Source of the DNA: Sphagnum compactum
Taxonomy: Eukaryota
Assembly (NCBI GenBank): GCA_965153455.1
Contig: OZ234493.1
Coordinates: 18,404,213-18,468,212, forward strand
Direction: 5' to 3'
Length of the DNA: 64,000 nt
Positions 1-14,640 of this stretch are shown one piece after another. The first letter of the stretch is position 1. Each line of letters begins with the position of its first letter. Under the pieces are notes generated by a model. The model saw only the letters and a program-made list of their open reading frames with translations, was not told the origin of the DNA and searched no databases. Made by a program: the position numbers and the translations under genes.

Positions 1-1072
1 TGTATTATCTATTAATATGTACAAATGTAATATTGTTATTAGTTTTAGTATTATAGTGTATAATATTGTATGTTAGCTAGTGTGGCCTATAATTAGCAAT
101 AGGTGCACTAGCTTAGATTAGGTATATGCTACCTAGTACTTAGTAAGGCAATGTAATAACTCAACTCCTATACTAATTGACAACTTATTGAAAAAATTGC
201 TAAGTATTGAAAAGGCTATTTATTTAGTAGAGTATTATTCAAAATATACACTAGTATAATTATAATATTTGACATGTAAATATGTTGACTTTGCAATTAT
301 GACTAAACTTTATAACATTTAGTCATCTTACTAAGTAACCTACGTCCTAGCCTGCAAGAGCTCAACATGGTACATTTGTGAGGAGTTTATGATTCAACTT
401 CATAAATGCAAGAAAACAAAAGTTTTAGTTGTTTTGTTGATAACAACTCTGAGGTACAAGAGTACAGAGAAATGTCAATCACAATGTTGCTGCATTTTGA
501 ACTTTATAAGGGAAAGAAAGATTTTGATAATGTCAAATTATACATGATATTGCAAACTTGACGAAAAGGCAGAAAAGATGAAGAAAGAGGACAAGGAATT
601 CAATGAAGACAATGTTAAAGATGAACAAGAAGAGTTGTCCGGTTCATGTGGAGAGAAGGGGATGAAAGCTTCAAAGAAGGTATTTTATGAAATTGAAATC
701 CTTCCCCAAGTAGTTTACTTTGGTGATTTGCTCTACAAAAGGTGATAGTTGCACCAAGTTGTTCATGGTTGCACTTATTAGGGATTCTATAATTTGCATC
801 TTTCTCTCTTCAACAAATGCAGTTGTATGCTTGTACGTCGTCAAGCATAATATACATTTAGCGAATCCTGAAGGGTTTTGGACTAATGATTATCACATCC
901 CATTTCATGTGGTGATTTGTCTAGCATTTGTAATTATATTTTGCAGTGCACATCCCATTTGTAGTTTTTCGGTCTATGGATCCCAAGTATGCAAAGAAGC
1001 ATAGTTGGTTGCCATTTTGGTGGTTTGTTACTTGTTGAATGCCATCTAAAAATGGCATTTGGTTGTATTGCT

Positions 1073-2138
1073 AAAAATTCAAAGGAATGCTCTTATAGAC
1101 TAGGGTTGATTGATTACCCCAGAAAAGCAGTTTTCTGTCACTTTTAGGCAATAATTTCCGCAAAAAAAAGGGAATTTATAGCAGAATATTTCATTTTCAG
1201 AAAGCTGTCACCTTTTGGCATTTTTTCACCAGAAAAAGAGACTGGCCACTATGTGATATTTGAAAAAACCTTTGTCCAACTGTGAAAACAGCTGGAGAGA
1301 AAGATGTTCCTAATGGAAAAGTTGCTGTTCTGGTTCAAAAACACAAACTTCCACATCCTTTTTCCTCTTTCATAAAGCTGCAAAAAACATTTGCAGATGT
1401 GAAAGGCAGGCAGTTCAAGAGTGCCAAGACACAATTGCCATAGCACAAGAGTTGCTGTTGTTGTGTTCAGTTTAGGGAACATTTGTGTACCTGCAGGACC
1501 TACTAAAGAGCAAACTCCCCAATCTCATTCAGGCTCATCCATTGCTCATACAGAAAGACATTGATTGTAATGCTGTTACAAGAAAATGAACACCTCTGGA
1601 CCTAAATCTTCTTGTGCATGGAAAAGATCACACTGCTTGAGTGTTAGCTACCTATAACTGAGCAAAAATGGAGGAAGTCTACTTTCGCCTTGACTTGCCC
1701 CTGAATGTCACTCGGGTTTTCTTCTTGGCAGCAGATGCAGATGACCGCCCACCACCAGGTTCGCGGAATGGCATGCCCATCAAAGAGAGCAGTTTTAAAC
1801 CTTCTGCGTCATTCTTGGCAGAGGTGATAATGCAGATGTCCATGCCCCTTTCCTTATCAATGTTCTCAAATCGGATCTCTGGGAAAACACTCTGCTCTGG
1901 CAACCCCAGGGTGTAGTTTCCCCTCCCATCAAAACTGTAAGGGTTCACCCCTTGGAAATCCCTTGTTCTGGGGAGAGCCAAGTTCATCAGCCTGTCTAGA
2001 AATGAGTACATAACCTGCATCATCCAGAATATTGACATAAAGACTTCAACAACATACGAGATGAACAGTGCACATCATAACATTGTCTTAGTTACATCAC
2101 TACAACCCTAGTCTATAAGAGCATTCCTGTGAATTTTT
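1073..2138. repeat. 36-bp inverted repeat pair (1073-1108 / 2103-2138) bracketing RPL5 exon 3
   Basis: AAAAATTCAAAGGAATGCTCTTATAGACTAGGGTTG matches the reverse complement of CAACCCTAGTCTATAAGAGCATTCCTGTGAATTTTT at 35/36 positions. Confidence 0.85.
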
Positions 2139-4426
2139 GTATGTTTTCACCCCTAAACTATATGGAGCCTTAATGCAACAATGGAGAGTTGTCCAATAAA
2201 TTTCAGTATGCTTCGGTCCTTTCAGAATACCCATTGTCCAGTACACAAACTATAGAAACCAGACACCGACACTGAGAATTGACCGGCAGGAGCATTGTCA
2301 GGTGAGTTGATGGAATATGGCCAGTTAATGCTTGACCTGAGGTAAGTTACACCCTACAATCTCAGTCTCTTGATGCACAAAATGTCCTGGTCTCCATTTA
2401 TTTAGGTGACCAGTGAGAGCTGAGAGGCTTGAACTGGCTGCAGGGCATAACTCTCTGTTTAGAGGGCCAAGTTGTCAGTGTCTCCAGCAATGGGATGAAC
2501 ACTACAGTATGTGTAGGATGCATGTGTGAAGGAAGACAAGGATATGGCTCAGGGAGCTTCTGTGCTTGTTGAGTGCCCAGTCACTACCTGAGCAACACCC
2601 TTTGAGTGAGGGTTATGAGATTGCAGAGAAAAGTCCACAAAACCACTCAAGGTGACTGTTCTGTGGATTCCAGCAAAGACTGAAATTAACACAACCAGAA
2701 TGAGTGTGGTCATAACCTTATGATTGTCACTCACATTGTATCAGACCATCACTTTCATCATGAACAGCACTGACTGGCTGGAGTCCCAACTGACTTCAGT
2801 TTCTGAGGGTAGGTGTAGACAAGTATATAATAATGAGCCCAAAATTTACACAAACAACTATAAGAACATCTATATCCTATTCCTGTCTTGATTCTGGAGG
2901 CAATAAGTAGACTCAGTCATGATGTTTGCTAGCTCTTAAGCGACATTGGCTGATTTTACATTGGCTTATCATGATATGCTTTAGCCATGCTCTTAGTTGA
3001 TGCGTTCAACACATAAGTACAGAATACAGCCTTTGTATGTTCTTGAGAAACTGAATCAAGTCACCCATGCCAAGGACAGATTCTAAAGAAAAGTGCTTTA
3101 CAATCTCATGTTGTGCATTATTCATCTACCACAGAAGCTGCTGTACTGAGATTTATTAAGAACCAACCCCCTCTGCCTCACCCTCAGAGCTGACAAGAAG
3201 TTGCTGGGAATTCAAGAGAATCAGAAAAGGAGCTTCTTCTGTAAGTTGCTGTTTTCATGTTTCACATTAGGGTTAGGGAGCACACCCATAAACATCACAA
3301 GAATTTGTCAGGATCACACAAGTTTTTTCTGTGCTTTATTGTAGGAGGTCTCAATTGCAGGAATTGAAAATAATTCTGGAAGAGGAAGTACCTCCCCACG
3401 AAGAGTGAGACAGACTCCAACAGGCACCCCTTGCCGCAGCTTGAAGCCAGCTATGGCCTTCCTGGAACGAGTGACTACTGCCTTCTGGCCTGTAATCAAT
3501 GCAATGTCCCGGATTGTTGATTCCAGAGTCTTAGCATTCTGAGAGGCTTCACCTATCCCACAATTGACCACCACTTTCTCCACTTGCGGTATCTACACAG
3601 AAAAACATGAGCAAAATGCTAAGCCCTAAATCCCAAGAACAAAATTTCAAGGAAAGAGGAAACTACATTTATGTTGTTAGGTCTCTCAACCTCTCTAGAG
3701 CTTCTAGACATCTCCACCAGGCTATAATCAGGACAATTGCTGGTTGCTACTTTGTGATCCCACACCATAGAGAAACAGTTCACTCCATTACCCCCATTTT
3801 CATTAGCTATGAGTAAAACCTAGCATGCGCCTGAAGGGATTCGACCCTACACCACTTGCCAGGTGACGCAATCAAAGCAAGAGAGCTAAATAGTGGAAAG
3901 TGGTTACCTCTTCATAGCATTGAACTATATCCAACATTAGTCGCCAAATCCTTCCCCCAAGACTCTCAAGCCCTTAGGTTATCGCACTGAGCAAAGCAAG
4001 TTCGCCCACTTACTCCCCCTTCTCGCTCACCATAATGCACCAAACAGGCTTCGAATCCAATAATCAAACAAAATGCGAGAGAGAGAGAGAGAGAGACACA
4101 CACACACACACACACACACACGGTTACTTTACCTCAAAGATATTGCGATACTTAAACTCCTCCTTGAGCGACGGCACCACTTTTTGCTCATAGATTCCTT
4201 TCAGCCGCTGTACCGCGCGCTCCGTCTCACTCTCCACAGCCACAGCAGCAGCGGCAACAGAAGCTGAGGCCGATGCAGGCACCCAGGCTTTCACTCTCCC
4301 GAGCTTCACGACAAGTGGGGTCCTCGCCTGCACTCTGGCGCCCAGAAACTCCTTCCCAAGCTCGCCACCCAAGGCAGCAGAATTAGAGACGGAGCAAGAC
4401 ACAGCCGCCAGCGAAATGGTCGCCAT
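1679..4426 (-). CDS. RPL5: Nuclear-encoded plastid 50S ribosomal protein L5 (uL5c), 3 exons: 4426-4133, 3592-3392, 2014-1679; 276 aa with N-terminal transit peptide
   Basis: Three ORF pieces join in phase 0 at canonical GT-AG sites (294+201+336 nt). Ser/Ala-rich transit peptide, then uL5 motifs [88 protein letters not shown]. Confidence 0.96.
4077..4121. repeat. Compound (GA)n(CA)n microsatellite at the 5' end of RPL5 intron 1
   Basis: Directly visible, about 10 nt from the exon-1 donor site. Confidence 0.95.
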
Positions 4427-5039
4427 GGAGAATCACTCGGAGCAAAAACTTGTAACTGGCGGAAGTGCCTCCACACTTCCCGTCTGCCCACAACAGTCGT
4501 AAGCTCGCACCTTATCCTCTCCTCTCTCTTCCCTCTGTCTTCTCCGAGAACATGAAAGAGGGTGAGGTATGAATCCGGTGACCGAACAAAGTCCCCTATA
4601 ACAGCACAATTTCGACCGACTAAGACCCGTCTTGGGCGGTTATGTGATTTTCCAAACAATCTCTAGGTCCCGGGTTTCAAAAACTTTGGAAATCAAAGAA
4701 CCTCCGGTTTTGGTTTTTAGGGGAATTTTTCCAGATTCAAAGAGCCTCTGGTTCCAGCTTCATGATACAGGTACTTATGTAGACCTCTCTATCTTGCAGT
4801 GCTAGCTCCCTTCTTCATGATATCTTTGGGCAAATTTTGGACTCAGCAATGTCATGAAAAGCTTTTACATTACCAGAGGTTCCAGAATTTGGAAGGATTG
4901 GACTTTTTGACATTGTTGAGGTGTAATGCCCTGAACACAGAGGAAGAACCTAAGTAGGGTAATAGCCTTGACGTTTGAACTTTGAACTGTTCTCCAAATT
5001 TTCCAAACTCTGAAGAAACTTTGGTTGTGTGCATTCAGT

Positions 5040-7165
5040 CCTTGAGGTCTTCATGCTAGGCATCCACAACTTCGACAGGAATGATTGACAAGTTCTTCTG
5101 GATGATGCCTTGATGGTGAATGGAACCTTGATGGCCTTCCGCTAGTCAAGGCTCTTGCACTTGCTCTCTTGGCCCCAACATGAAAGATTCACAACTACTG
5201 AAATTTGTGCAACAAATGGACAATGCCAGCTAGTAAGAAAACAAACTGATATCAATGTGGTGTATTCATCGGCTTAGGCTGATGCTGAAAACGAAACAGA
5301 GAGCATATGCATTGCTGCCCTCATTCTGGTTCTCTCTATTATCTTCCAGCCAGAGTGCAAATTGTAGTTGCAGTTCTGCGTATCCTGAAATGCTAACATG
5401 TCCTGGTGCCCTGATCCATTGCCATGATCCAGCTGAGTTGGACAATGCTGAAGATGGCATAGGCTTCTTGCAAGGTTGACAGTGCTACTTCTACTGACGA
5501 TTCCATTCCAGTAGCATTTGGGTTCTGCATACTCACCTGCATGTTGTGGGCTTGATTTAATACTCCTTGTAATCCATGGCCTTCAAGACTGCTGCCGGAT
5601 TTTGCATTCTTGGATGTTGTTCTTCATGTGTGGCTGGTGTATGTGTTGGTTGATCATACCGGCTCCAAGCAATCCTTTAGTACAGGGACGCTGAGCATGC
5701 TATGGCTCTTTAATGGAAGAGGTACCACTTCCCTCTGGAACTGCTTTAGGGACATCTGGCTTGAGTTGTTGCTGACATTTCTCCACCATTTCTTTCTTGG
5801 TGACTTGAGTTGGAAGTCCCTTGCAGGGGCTGCTGGGGATTCAATTCTTTAGAGGTCTCTTGTGTGTTGTGAAGGAACAGAGGAAGAAGATCTCAACCTT
5901 GAATGTGACCCTTAGCCTCAGTGTTAGCTTAAGCATTTCAATTTCTTTTGGCATGGGGGTTTGTTGAGGTCTTGCAGACAATTGCTTCCACTGTTGGGGT
6001 ATGTGGTCATATCTCACTCAGATGATGACCCAACTTGGACTGGTTCACTACTGGGCGTGAATTCAACAGCCTTTGCTTTCCCTCTCTTGAGATGGCCTTT
6101 TCTGGCAGAGAATTGATATCAAAGGTGGGCGAGAGCAATCCCCTGCCCTTTGAGCAAGCCAAAACAATCTGATGATGCCTATTGCCCTCCTCCAAAAATA
6201 CTTGTGATGATGTCCTTACATGGGATCACCAGATGATGGCTGTTTGTGAGCCCTCCAACACAAGAAAGCTCCAGTGTTGTTCACCTTCATCACTATAAAC
6301 ATTCTAGGCATGTCTGTAACCTTCATATGAAATGACAGATATCAGTGAAGTCCCATTTCGTCATAAAATGATTGGTTTCTCTGGCTTTCCTGAGCAATTA
6401 AGTCATTTCTGTGCCCCAGCCTCCTATCATCAAGTAATTGCTGCCTTGGGTGGGTGCCCTATTCTGGAAACATGTGAATTTCCTCTTGATCGCAAGATGT
6501 GAACTTATTGTCTGTGAACATTGGCTTCTGATCAGTAGGCCTTAGATGCTGGATTTTGCACTTCACTAAAAGGTGATGCTTACCTGCACCTTCATTCTGA
6601 CCAAAAGAACAGACAGAATATTTATGGTCTTTCTGAACTGACAGATTCGTTATGATAAAAGAGAAGATGGAAACTTATGAGCTTCCCTTCTGTTCTCTGA
6701 AGACTGATGTGCCTGACTTGCATCTCTGGGACCTAACTGATATTGGCTATGATGTCCAAGTCATCAATGGAACATGCAGGAACTCTTGGAACTTCCCTCA
6801 CAGATTTACTACCTTTCATTTGTTTGATTTTCCTCCTCACCATCTGATGACTGATATTTCCAAGTTGCATTAACAAGTGATCAATCTCTATCTCCTTCAT
6901 GAATTGGGGGACATTTCAATTCATTACCAGGTAATTCACATTCACGTCTATGCACTTTCTTTACATTGGAATTCATCCTTCCTTCTGAACACAGAATGCA
7001 AGAAACTCATCATTCTCATGATCTTGATGATTACAGGGTGGCAAATAGCTTTGGTGTGGCTCTCCAGCAGCAGAAAACTATTTCCAAGTGATGTCCAGTA
7101 CCTTCTCTTGAGATTGGTGCAATCCTCAACCTTTCCCCATAAATTACCGCTTGGTATCCCCTAAC
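5040..7165 (-). pseudogene. Decayed multi-exon host-gene fragment of unknown product
   Basis: Higher GC than flanks, minus-strand splice-like sites (GCAG|GTAAG near 6583, GCAG|GTGAG near 5536, TTTCAG near 5376 and 5199), Ser/Pro/Lys-rich frames with stops; ends abruptly at repeat DNA near 7165. Confidence 0.35.
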
Positions 7166-7199
7166 ATAAAAAATCCTTAATTATTTCCACAAGTAGGTT

Positions 7200-7760
7200 C
7201 AATGTAGCCCTAAATAGGTTTTTTGCCTCCCATAACGTATGTAGGCCCTAGGTCTCTCCCTAGATAGTCTTGAGGTAGCCCCCTAAGTAACCCTTAGGTA
7301 TCCTATTAGCTAGGTAGGCTCCTAGACATGTCATTAAATAGTCCCTAGGTAGCCTTCTAGGTAGGCCTCATGTAACCCCTTATGGCAGCTTTTGATAGCC
7401 CCTAGATAGCCCCTTAGGTAGTCAACTTCATTTAACACCTTAAGTAATCTTTAAATAATTCATACCCTAGGTAAGCCTTTAGATGTCTCCTTAGATAGTC
7501 CATAGGTGAGCCTTGGGTAGCCCTTTAAGTAGCCCATAGGTATCCCATAACCTAAGTAGGCCCCCAAGTGTTGCCCTAGCTAGAACCCTAGTAGGCAATT
7601 AATATGTAACCATTTACGTAGATTTTTTATAACCCTTATCCTAGATAAGCCTTTAGATAAGCCCCCCTCTGGAATGTCCCTTTCAAAAATCCCTAACTCC
7701 CTTAATAAGGTTTTGTGTAAACCCCTAAGTCCCCTTTAAGCATCCCATAACATAAATAGA
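7200..7760. repeat. Degenerate low-complexity array (TAGCCCCTAGG/TAGGTAG-type units), probably TE subterminal DNA
   Basis: Recurring variants of tagccc, ctaggtag and ccttag. Confidence 0.6.
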
Positions 7761-9238
7761 TAAGCAGGCATAAGCAAAAGATAGCAAGAAACTCAAATCA
7801 TCTTAGGTTCAGTAGGAAATTTGAGTTTCCTCTTCTAATATTTTCCTTTGGCATAGTCCCATCTAGCATTTTGACTATCATCTTCACTTTTAATGAAACC
7901 CAAGGCTGTGCTCTTGGGTTACATTGTCTTTGCAAATAACTATATCAAGTGTTTACATTTTATGTTTTTCATTTTCCATGCAAAACTTTTTTTTTCATCT
8001 TCATATCAAAATTTATGCCAACTACTAGTCAACATTTGCAAAGTCATCAAGCTACAAGACATTCCAAAAAAATATCAACTTTGTTTCGGTAAAAACATTA
8101 CAACCAAGTGGTCATATCTATGAGATTGCAAAGAAAGTTCACTTTGAAACACTTTGAAAATAACAAAACATTAATGAGTCTAATCATGACCGTATGAAAG
8201 TTCCTCACAAAATTGTTAAATTGCAAGCTGCAATGGACCAATTTTGGAAAATGAAAAACATCATTATGAGTCCATAGTGTATTTCCTTTTCACTACTTGG
8301 AGTGACATCACATAGATGATTTCTACATGTTGTTGATTGTTTTATTGTCCATATAAATTGAAGCACAATTTTAGAGGTTATGTTTTTATGCATGTTTGCA
8401 AAACCAATTTGAAGTCCATATTGAAATTTGTTGTCAAAATTACAATTCATTATTCTAACTTTACAAGTTCACAGTTTTATTTTACAAATTATGCATAAAA
8501 AATACCTAGCCCATATACATCTTCAAGTTAGTAAACTAACTGCAAGTACCTATTAACATATTCTAATGTGCATTCCAAAATATAATCATTACAATGAGAC
8601 CCAATTCACAAATTTGAAAATGTTACAATCCTTTTGGTCCAGTGTAGCTACATTCATTTTATGGTGGGTGTAAATATATACATAATGATATGCCCAAAAT
8701 TTTAAGCAAACCGTCATACAAAATCTACATCTTGGTCATTGCGATCACATTTTAAAAAACAATAAGGAGACATAATCATCATGTGTCATGGTAGCTACCA
8801 TGTTGTAACAAGTACCAAAGAAGGGTAGGATGTACAAGGATGTACTAAGTGACTTTCACCTCCAAAATGTGTAGTAGCCAAGTCATTGAATGATGAATAA
8901 CAACAATGACCATTGAATGATCTTGTTGTTATAGTGCAATGATCACAATCCAATGTAAAGTCAACAAAACCATAGCTAGTAGTAAAATAAAACAACTTAG
9001 TTAAAACCTTAGTTGTTTCCAACACTAATGGTCATGAATTTTTTTCCCAAATATGATTTGAGATTCTTGTATTTCCCAACTATTTGTGTGATATTCATAC
9101 CATCTTAATTCATGCATGGACATAATTTAATCAAGATCTAAAGTTTTGTTCACATCATTAACCTACCCTTTACTTTATCTATTAACAAATATAATTCATT
9201 GGTTTTCCTAGACCTATGTCTCCTCAAGGTAATAGCCT

Positions 9239-9405
9239 AACTACATGTTCCTTAGAAAACTTGGGCTCAAAACATGGTTCTTTATGCAACTTGGTTAGGG
9301 TTGCCAAGTTACTTTCTCCCTAGCGAAGTTGTCTTGAGGGAAAACCCACCTAAGTTGTTTTAAGAATCACGTTTTGAGCTCAATTTCCCTAGGGAACACA
9401 TAGTT
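9239..9405. repeat. Imperfect foldback of about 165 bp (MITE-like)
   Basis: AACTACATGTTCCTTAGAAAACTTGGGCTCAAAACATGGTTCTT pairs with AAGAATCACGTTTTGAGCTCAATTTCCCTAGGGAACACATAGTT. Confidence 0.65.
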
Positions 9406-12400
9406 CCCATAATTTTGTAAGCTCATAACTTTTTCATGAATTATAATTGAAAAGCTTCCAATTATAAAGTTGTAGCTCTCAACAAGATCTTTCTAATGGC
9501 ATGAACTACAAGTTTCTATTAGGGGTCATTTGACCTATGTTTTCCAAGTTTTAGTGGTTGGGAGTCAAATTATCAATTCAATTTTTAACTTTCCTTTTGC
9601 AATAACTCTTATATCATAGTTTCAAATGAAAAATCTATAATCACTTTTGGTATTTAAATTTTGAGAGCTTTTCAATTATTGGAAGAAATTTTGAATTGGA
9701 AAAGTTCACGCCGTGCACTTTTGTCCAAAAAAAATTGAAACATTCCAAATTCTTTTCTCCCTAAGCAACTTAATCCCCTTCTCTTTCAAGAAGTTGCTTC
9801 ACATGGAACTTGGTTGGGATTTCCATTTAGTCCCATTTTCCCTAAGGATTTTTTCTTCCCACATGGAATTTATTTGGGGATACCATATAGTCCCCTTCTC
9901 CCCAAAGAAAATCTTTAGCTTTATCCCAAGGGAAGTTGTTCCCCAAGGGACTTGGTTGGGGCTATCACTTATTCCCCTTCTTTATAGGAAAGTTGTTTCT
10001 ATGAGGCAATTAATTTGAAGAAATTCCCCATGCATTATTTTTTTTCATTCATTGCATATGTGAAAGGAAAGAAGAATTGGAAAAAATGATCACATATTGG
10101 ACCTTTAGGTTAAAAGGGAATTCTAACCATTACATCGTTTTCCCCCTTGAAATATTCTACAAGAAAGATAATTTAAATGTTAATCATAATTTGGGTATAA
10201 TAAATAGAAAGTTTAAAATATTTTTTCTACTAGGCGATATCCTACAATTGCATGAAGCGTAATGCCACATTTAATTTGTTGGATTTTTTTGTCAAAGGAG
10301 GTTTACTTGTTGCATAATGTACTTATGACTAACAATCATGTCGGTTCTTTGCCAATATTTATTTATTGTTTAAAAAATTAGCAATTTCAATTTCAAATTT
10401 TCAAATTTTCAATGATTGAAAATAAATATGTGTAAAACCTACCAAAAACATTTCAATGTATTTGGAAACCATGTTGTACAACAAATTTGCTCCTAACAAA
10501 GGATTAGTACAATTTCGAAATGAAAGTGCCTGCATCATTTGAAATGCTAACAATTCCATTTCAAAATTGCACTGCTCATCTTAAATATTTTTTTATCTAA
10601 TTTCTAAAAACTTTAAGATTAATAAAAATTGGTTATATTTCAAATTTGATGACATTAACATTTCAATGTTCAACATATCACTACAAAGAACAATGAAAAA
10701 GGTTGCCAAAAAAATCATATAAGAATCATCAAAAAATATATATATAACCAATATCAAAAATTAGAAATACAAAATTTGAATGTATTGTCAACTTAAATGT
10801 AAAATATATACATGAATTAAAATGCAAAGTACATGTACCATGTAAACTGAATGTCCAATAATGTAGAATGTCAAATTAGAATGTATGTCAAAATCAAAAA
10901 CATTATGGAAAGCAAAGTATAATAAAATGTAATCACCCAAAAGGTGAACCTTTCAATCTAAAAACATGTTGGCTACCACATTAGGATCAAATATTGAAAG
11001 AGTTATGTTGCAATTTATAAGATTGGAAAATTGATACCCCCAATGTGTGTTACAACAAAAAGGCCTTTCTAATATTTATTCATCATGTTTTCCAAAATAG
11101 AGGATCCCTTAAAAGAATTCCACATCTTGTTCAACAAGAACCAATGCAGTAACCGATTTGTCAAAAATATTACCAACATTTTGCAAACATGTAAATTGCT
11201 ATAAACTTGGACAATATAGGTCGAATACTTGAGCTTGGTGCCAATTTTTTTTGTTAGATAGATAAATTGCATATGTTGTGAAAAAGCTAGATACAGATGC
11301 ATTAGATTGCTACAAATGAAAGTAAAGCAAAACCAATATCCAAATATGCAACCAACAATACCAAAGATATGAAGGCAAAAAAACAAAAGTACAAAATAAG
11401 AAACCATAAACAAAAGACAAAAGAAAGGAATTGACTTACTTCAAGTTTTTGTGAATGTTATATTCATGGGTAAGGGTCTCTCATAAATAAGAGGATGATA
11501 TCCATTCAATTCTTTAGAAATAATACATTGTAAGGTGCAGCTTCAAATGGTTTGATACATTTGATCATATTTAACAACAAAAGAAACTCATCGAACAACA
11601 TAAAACTTAAAAGAAATGAAGAATGCAAACAAAAAAAACACCAACAAGTAAGGGTCCAAACAAATGTTGGGTAGATATTATATATTTTTCAATAAATACC
11701 AATTTTGATTATTTAGTCTACTGGTTTTGGTTTTTTTTTTTAAAATTAATTTTATTTCATTTAACATATTCTATAAGGATGTCAAATTTTAATAAATAAC
11801 TTATGTCAAATTTCAATATTAAAATATCCCATAACATAATATCTATTAAATATCCAAGCCTTTTGAATAACATAATACAACAACTTCAATTGAATAATCC
11901 ATCTAAATAAAAATACAAGTACAAAATTTCATCTCTTTCAAATTCCCCTTCATACCCCTCTAATTATTCCTCTAAGGCCATCAAATTCAACCAACATTAT
12001 CAAACTAGTATATGAACTACAACTCACCCTAGGATCATTAGGCCAAGTTTTGCTAATAAATATTTATTTACTCAAATTATTTGATTGCAAGTGACATCTC
12101 TTCAAATTTGTAAGTATTCCAACCAATTTAATATTTTTTCAGTTGTTATTTGGGATCCCACAATGACAAGAATTCAATGGGCAAGAAATGCAACAATCGA
12201 AAACAAGGATTCATGAAGATGTAATTGTTCCAAAATTTGTTCAATTCTTTGTTTCTTCAATTTCTAGATTTTTTCATTCAATTTTGGGATTTTGCAAGAC
12301 TCTATTTGCAAACTTGGGTTTTTTTCAATTCCTTTCATTTCTTCTTCAATTTCAATTTCACTTGTGAATATTATTTCACCTTCATTTTGCACCTTTTGAT

Positions 12401-12729
12401 TTTGATTTTCACTTGACCTTTCCATTTTTCAGACAAATGTTTTGTAAGGCCAATGATGGAGAAAAATCAAGCCTAATTTTTTTTTAGAAATGTATTACAT
12501 GGCCTAAAAATCAAGGAAAGAAAAACAAAAATGGATGAGGGATTGCATTATTGTAGGTTTCAAGCCTAGAAAATTGAACATGCCAATCAAAACAAAGTAA
12601 AAAGCAAGTTACTTTGTTTTTTTCCCCCTTTTCATTGCTTTGAGTCTTTGTATTCCAAAATGGTTTTTCTAATTAATAAAATTGTGCAAGTTTACAAGCA
12701 AAGTTATTATGTTTTGAGAATCCCTTCAA

Positions 12730-13410
12730 CTCCAAGAAACCATCGCCCTTTATTGAAGCAAGCAAATTGGTCCTAAGGTCATTGGTCATGTTTCTCTTGC
12801 ACTCACATGACATATATCACTAATTATAATAAAATTTAAAATCATGTTGTTATTACTTGCATTTAAAACCAATCTAGGGTCATTAGTTGTTGAATGATGC
12901 CTTGAATGCACTCGTATCCATGAGCCCAAAACTAAATGAAAAAATGAGCCATCCCCCTTTATCAGATGCTTTGATTTCTGATGATGAATATGGGTTGATA
13001 ATTCATTTGAATTATTTACAAAGAACATTAAAAAGAGGGGTGATTGACTTTTTCCTTTCTTTTTTAATAAAATAAGATGAGAGAAAAGCCCATAATATGC
13101 AAGCCTTGATGTTAGATTTTAGATTCAAGAATTTGAGATTGATCTCTTCTCATGGCCATAGTTGAAGAATATGATAAAAAATCCTTGTTTCTTATGCTCT
13201 TGAAGTTTCATCAGCATTTGCATCCATTGTCCAAAGTTGAAAATTCCTTTGATTATAAAATTGACAAAGATAATAGCTTAGACATTTTTGAAATGGTGGC
13301 TAACACCAATGAACTTGCAAAGGAGCTTGTTAATTGAGAATTATTGTTATTTCATAGATATTAGGTGGATGCAAAAGATATCAAATGCCTTTTGGAGTGG
13401 TGGAAACACT
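12730..13410 (+). mobile_element. hAT transposase C-terminal remnant
   Basis: Reads MLDFRFKNL (LDPRFK-like) ... ELVN*ELLLFHRY*VDAKDIKCLLEWWK, the start of the hAT dimerisation region; several stops. Confidence 0.7.
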
Positions 13411-14640
13411 TTGATCAGTGCATGCAGTGCAATTCAAAGGAAGCTAGAACACTATTTCCAGAAATGAAGCAGCAAGGTTGAAACTCAAGACCCAGACATC
13501 TGGTTTTCAGTCTAAGGGCTCAGGCATAGACAACATGTCACTTGAGATGTTTTCCATGACTTGAAGACAAAAGGCTTCATGCCAGATGCCATCATAGACA
13601 ACTTAATCTTGTTTGCAAATGCAAATGACAAAAGGGTGGAAAGAAGTTTATGAAGAGATGCAGCAGATGAAGGTGGAAAGATGTTGACTAGATCATGTAG
13701 AATATCATGATCCATGTGTATGGCAAAGTTGGGCTTCACAAGAGAGCAGTTTCTTTGTTGACTGGAAAAGGCAAAGGATGTGTGCCTGGTGCAGTAATGT
13801 ACAAAGCAGGGTGAACTCCTACTGAAAATGCTGGGACATTCTTAGTGGAGTATCTGTGTACAGCTGAGCTCAGACCTGATGAGCTGCCAGATGCATTTCA
13901 TCAATTGGGGGAGCTAGGGCTTCATCCAAACAGAAATAGTACATCATCATGATCCATTACTTGATGAAAAGACCACATAACAGAGGTGAAATGGGTGTTC
14001 AGCCCAAGCCATATGCTGCTGGCTTTATCCCCAGATGAACATTTAAGAGAATTTTTTCTGGCTGTTTTGCCGAAGCTGGCTATGTCCAAGATCAAACATG
14101 AAGAATGCAGGCTTTGAGCCTCATGCATTTATGTAGAATGCCATGATTAGCCTTTACAGCCAATTGGGATCTTCTGGAAGGAATCACACATTTCAGAGGC
14201 ATGTATGTGGTTGGTTGTACTCCTGATACTGCGACCTACAACACGTCGATCAGTCTGTACAAGAAGAATCTCATGACTCAAGAAGCATCAGCACTTCTCC
14301 AAAAAATGCACGAATACTGGTTGCATACCAGATGCAGTCTCTTCTGGTTCCTAGATTTGGGCTATGGGTGCTCACATATGTGGGAGGCTGCAGTGGCAAT
14401 TTTCTTGTTGGATATGGAAAAAGCATGATGCAACACAATGATCGATGTCCACCAACAGGCTGGCAAACATAAGCAAGCAGAAATTTGTATCCCAGGTGAG
14501 ATCTGCTGGTTTTGAGCCATCCCCAGCCACCCCACACATGCTGGTGGACTCTTTTGGAAATGGAGGCGAGCCAGAACAGCTGAGACAATGTTTGAGAGAT
14601 TGAGAGATTCTAATAGTTATCCCAACATCTTGCACTTCAC
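13410..14640 (+). pseudogene. Pentatricopeptide-repeat (P-class PPR) pseudogene fragment
   Basis: PPR-like pieces EMKQQG, FHDLKTKGFMPDAIIDNLIL, MYVVGCTPDTATYNTSISLY..QEASALLQKM, RSAGFEPSPATPHMLVDSFGNGGEPEQ, broken by stops and frameshifts. Confidence 0.75.

Noticed and set aside
1249-1916. ORFs 1249-1482 and 1668-1916 and their twins near 60.4-61.0 kb
   Set aside because: Presumed 3' flank/UTR or antisense to RPL5 exon 3; their conservation only reflects the recent duplication.
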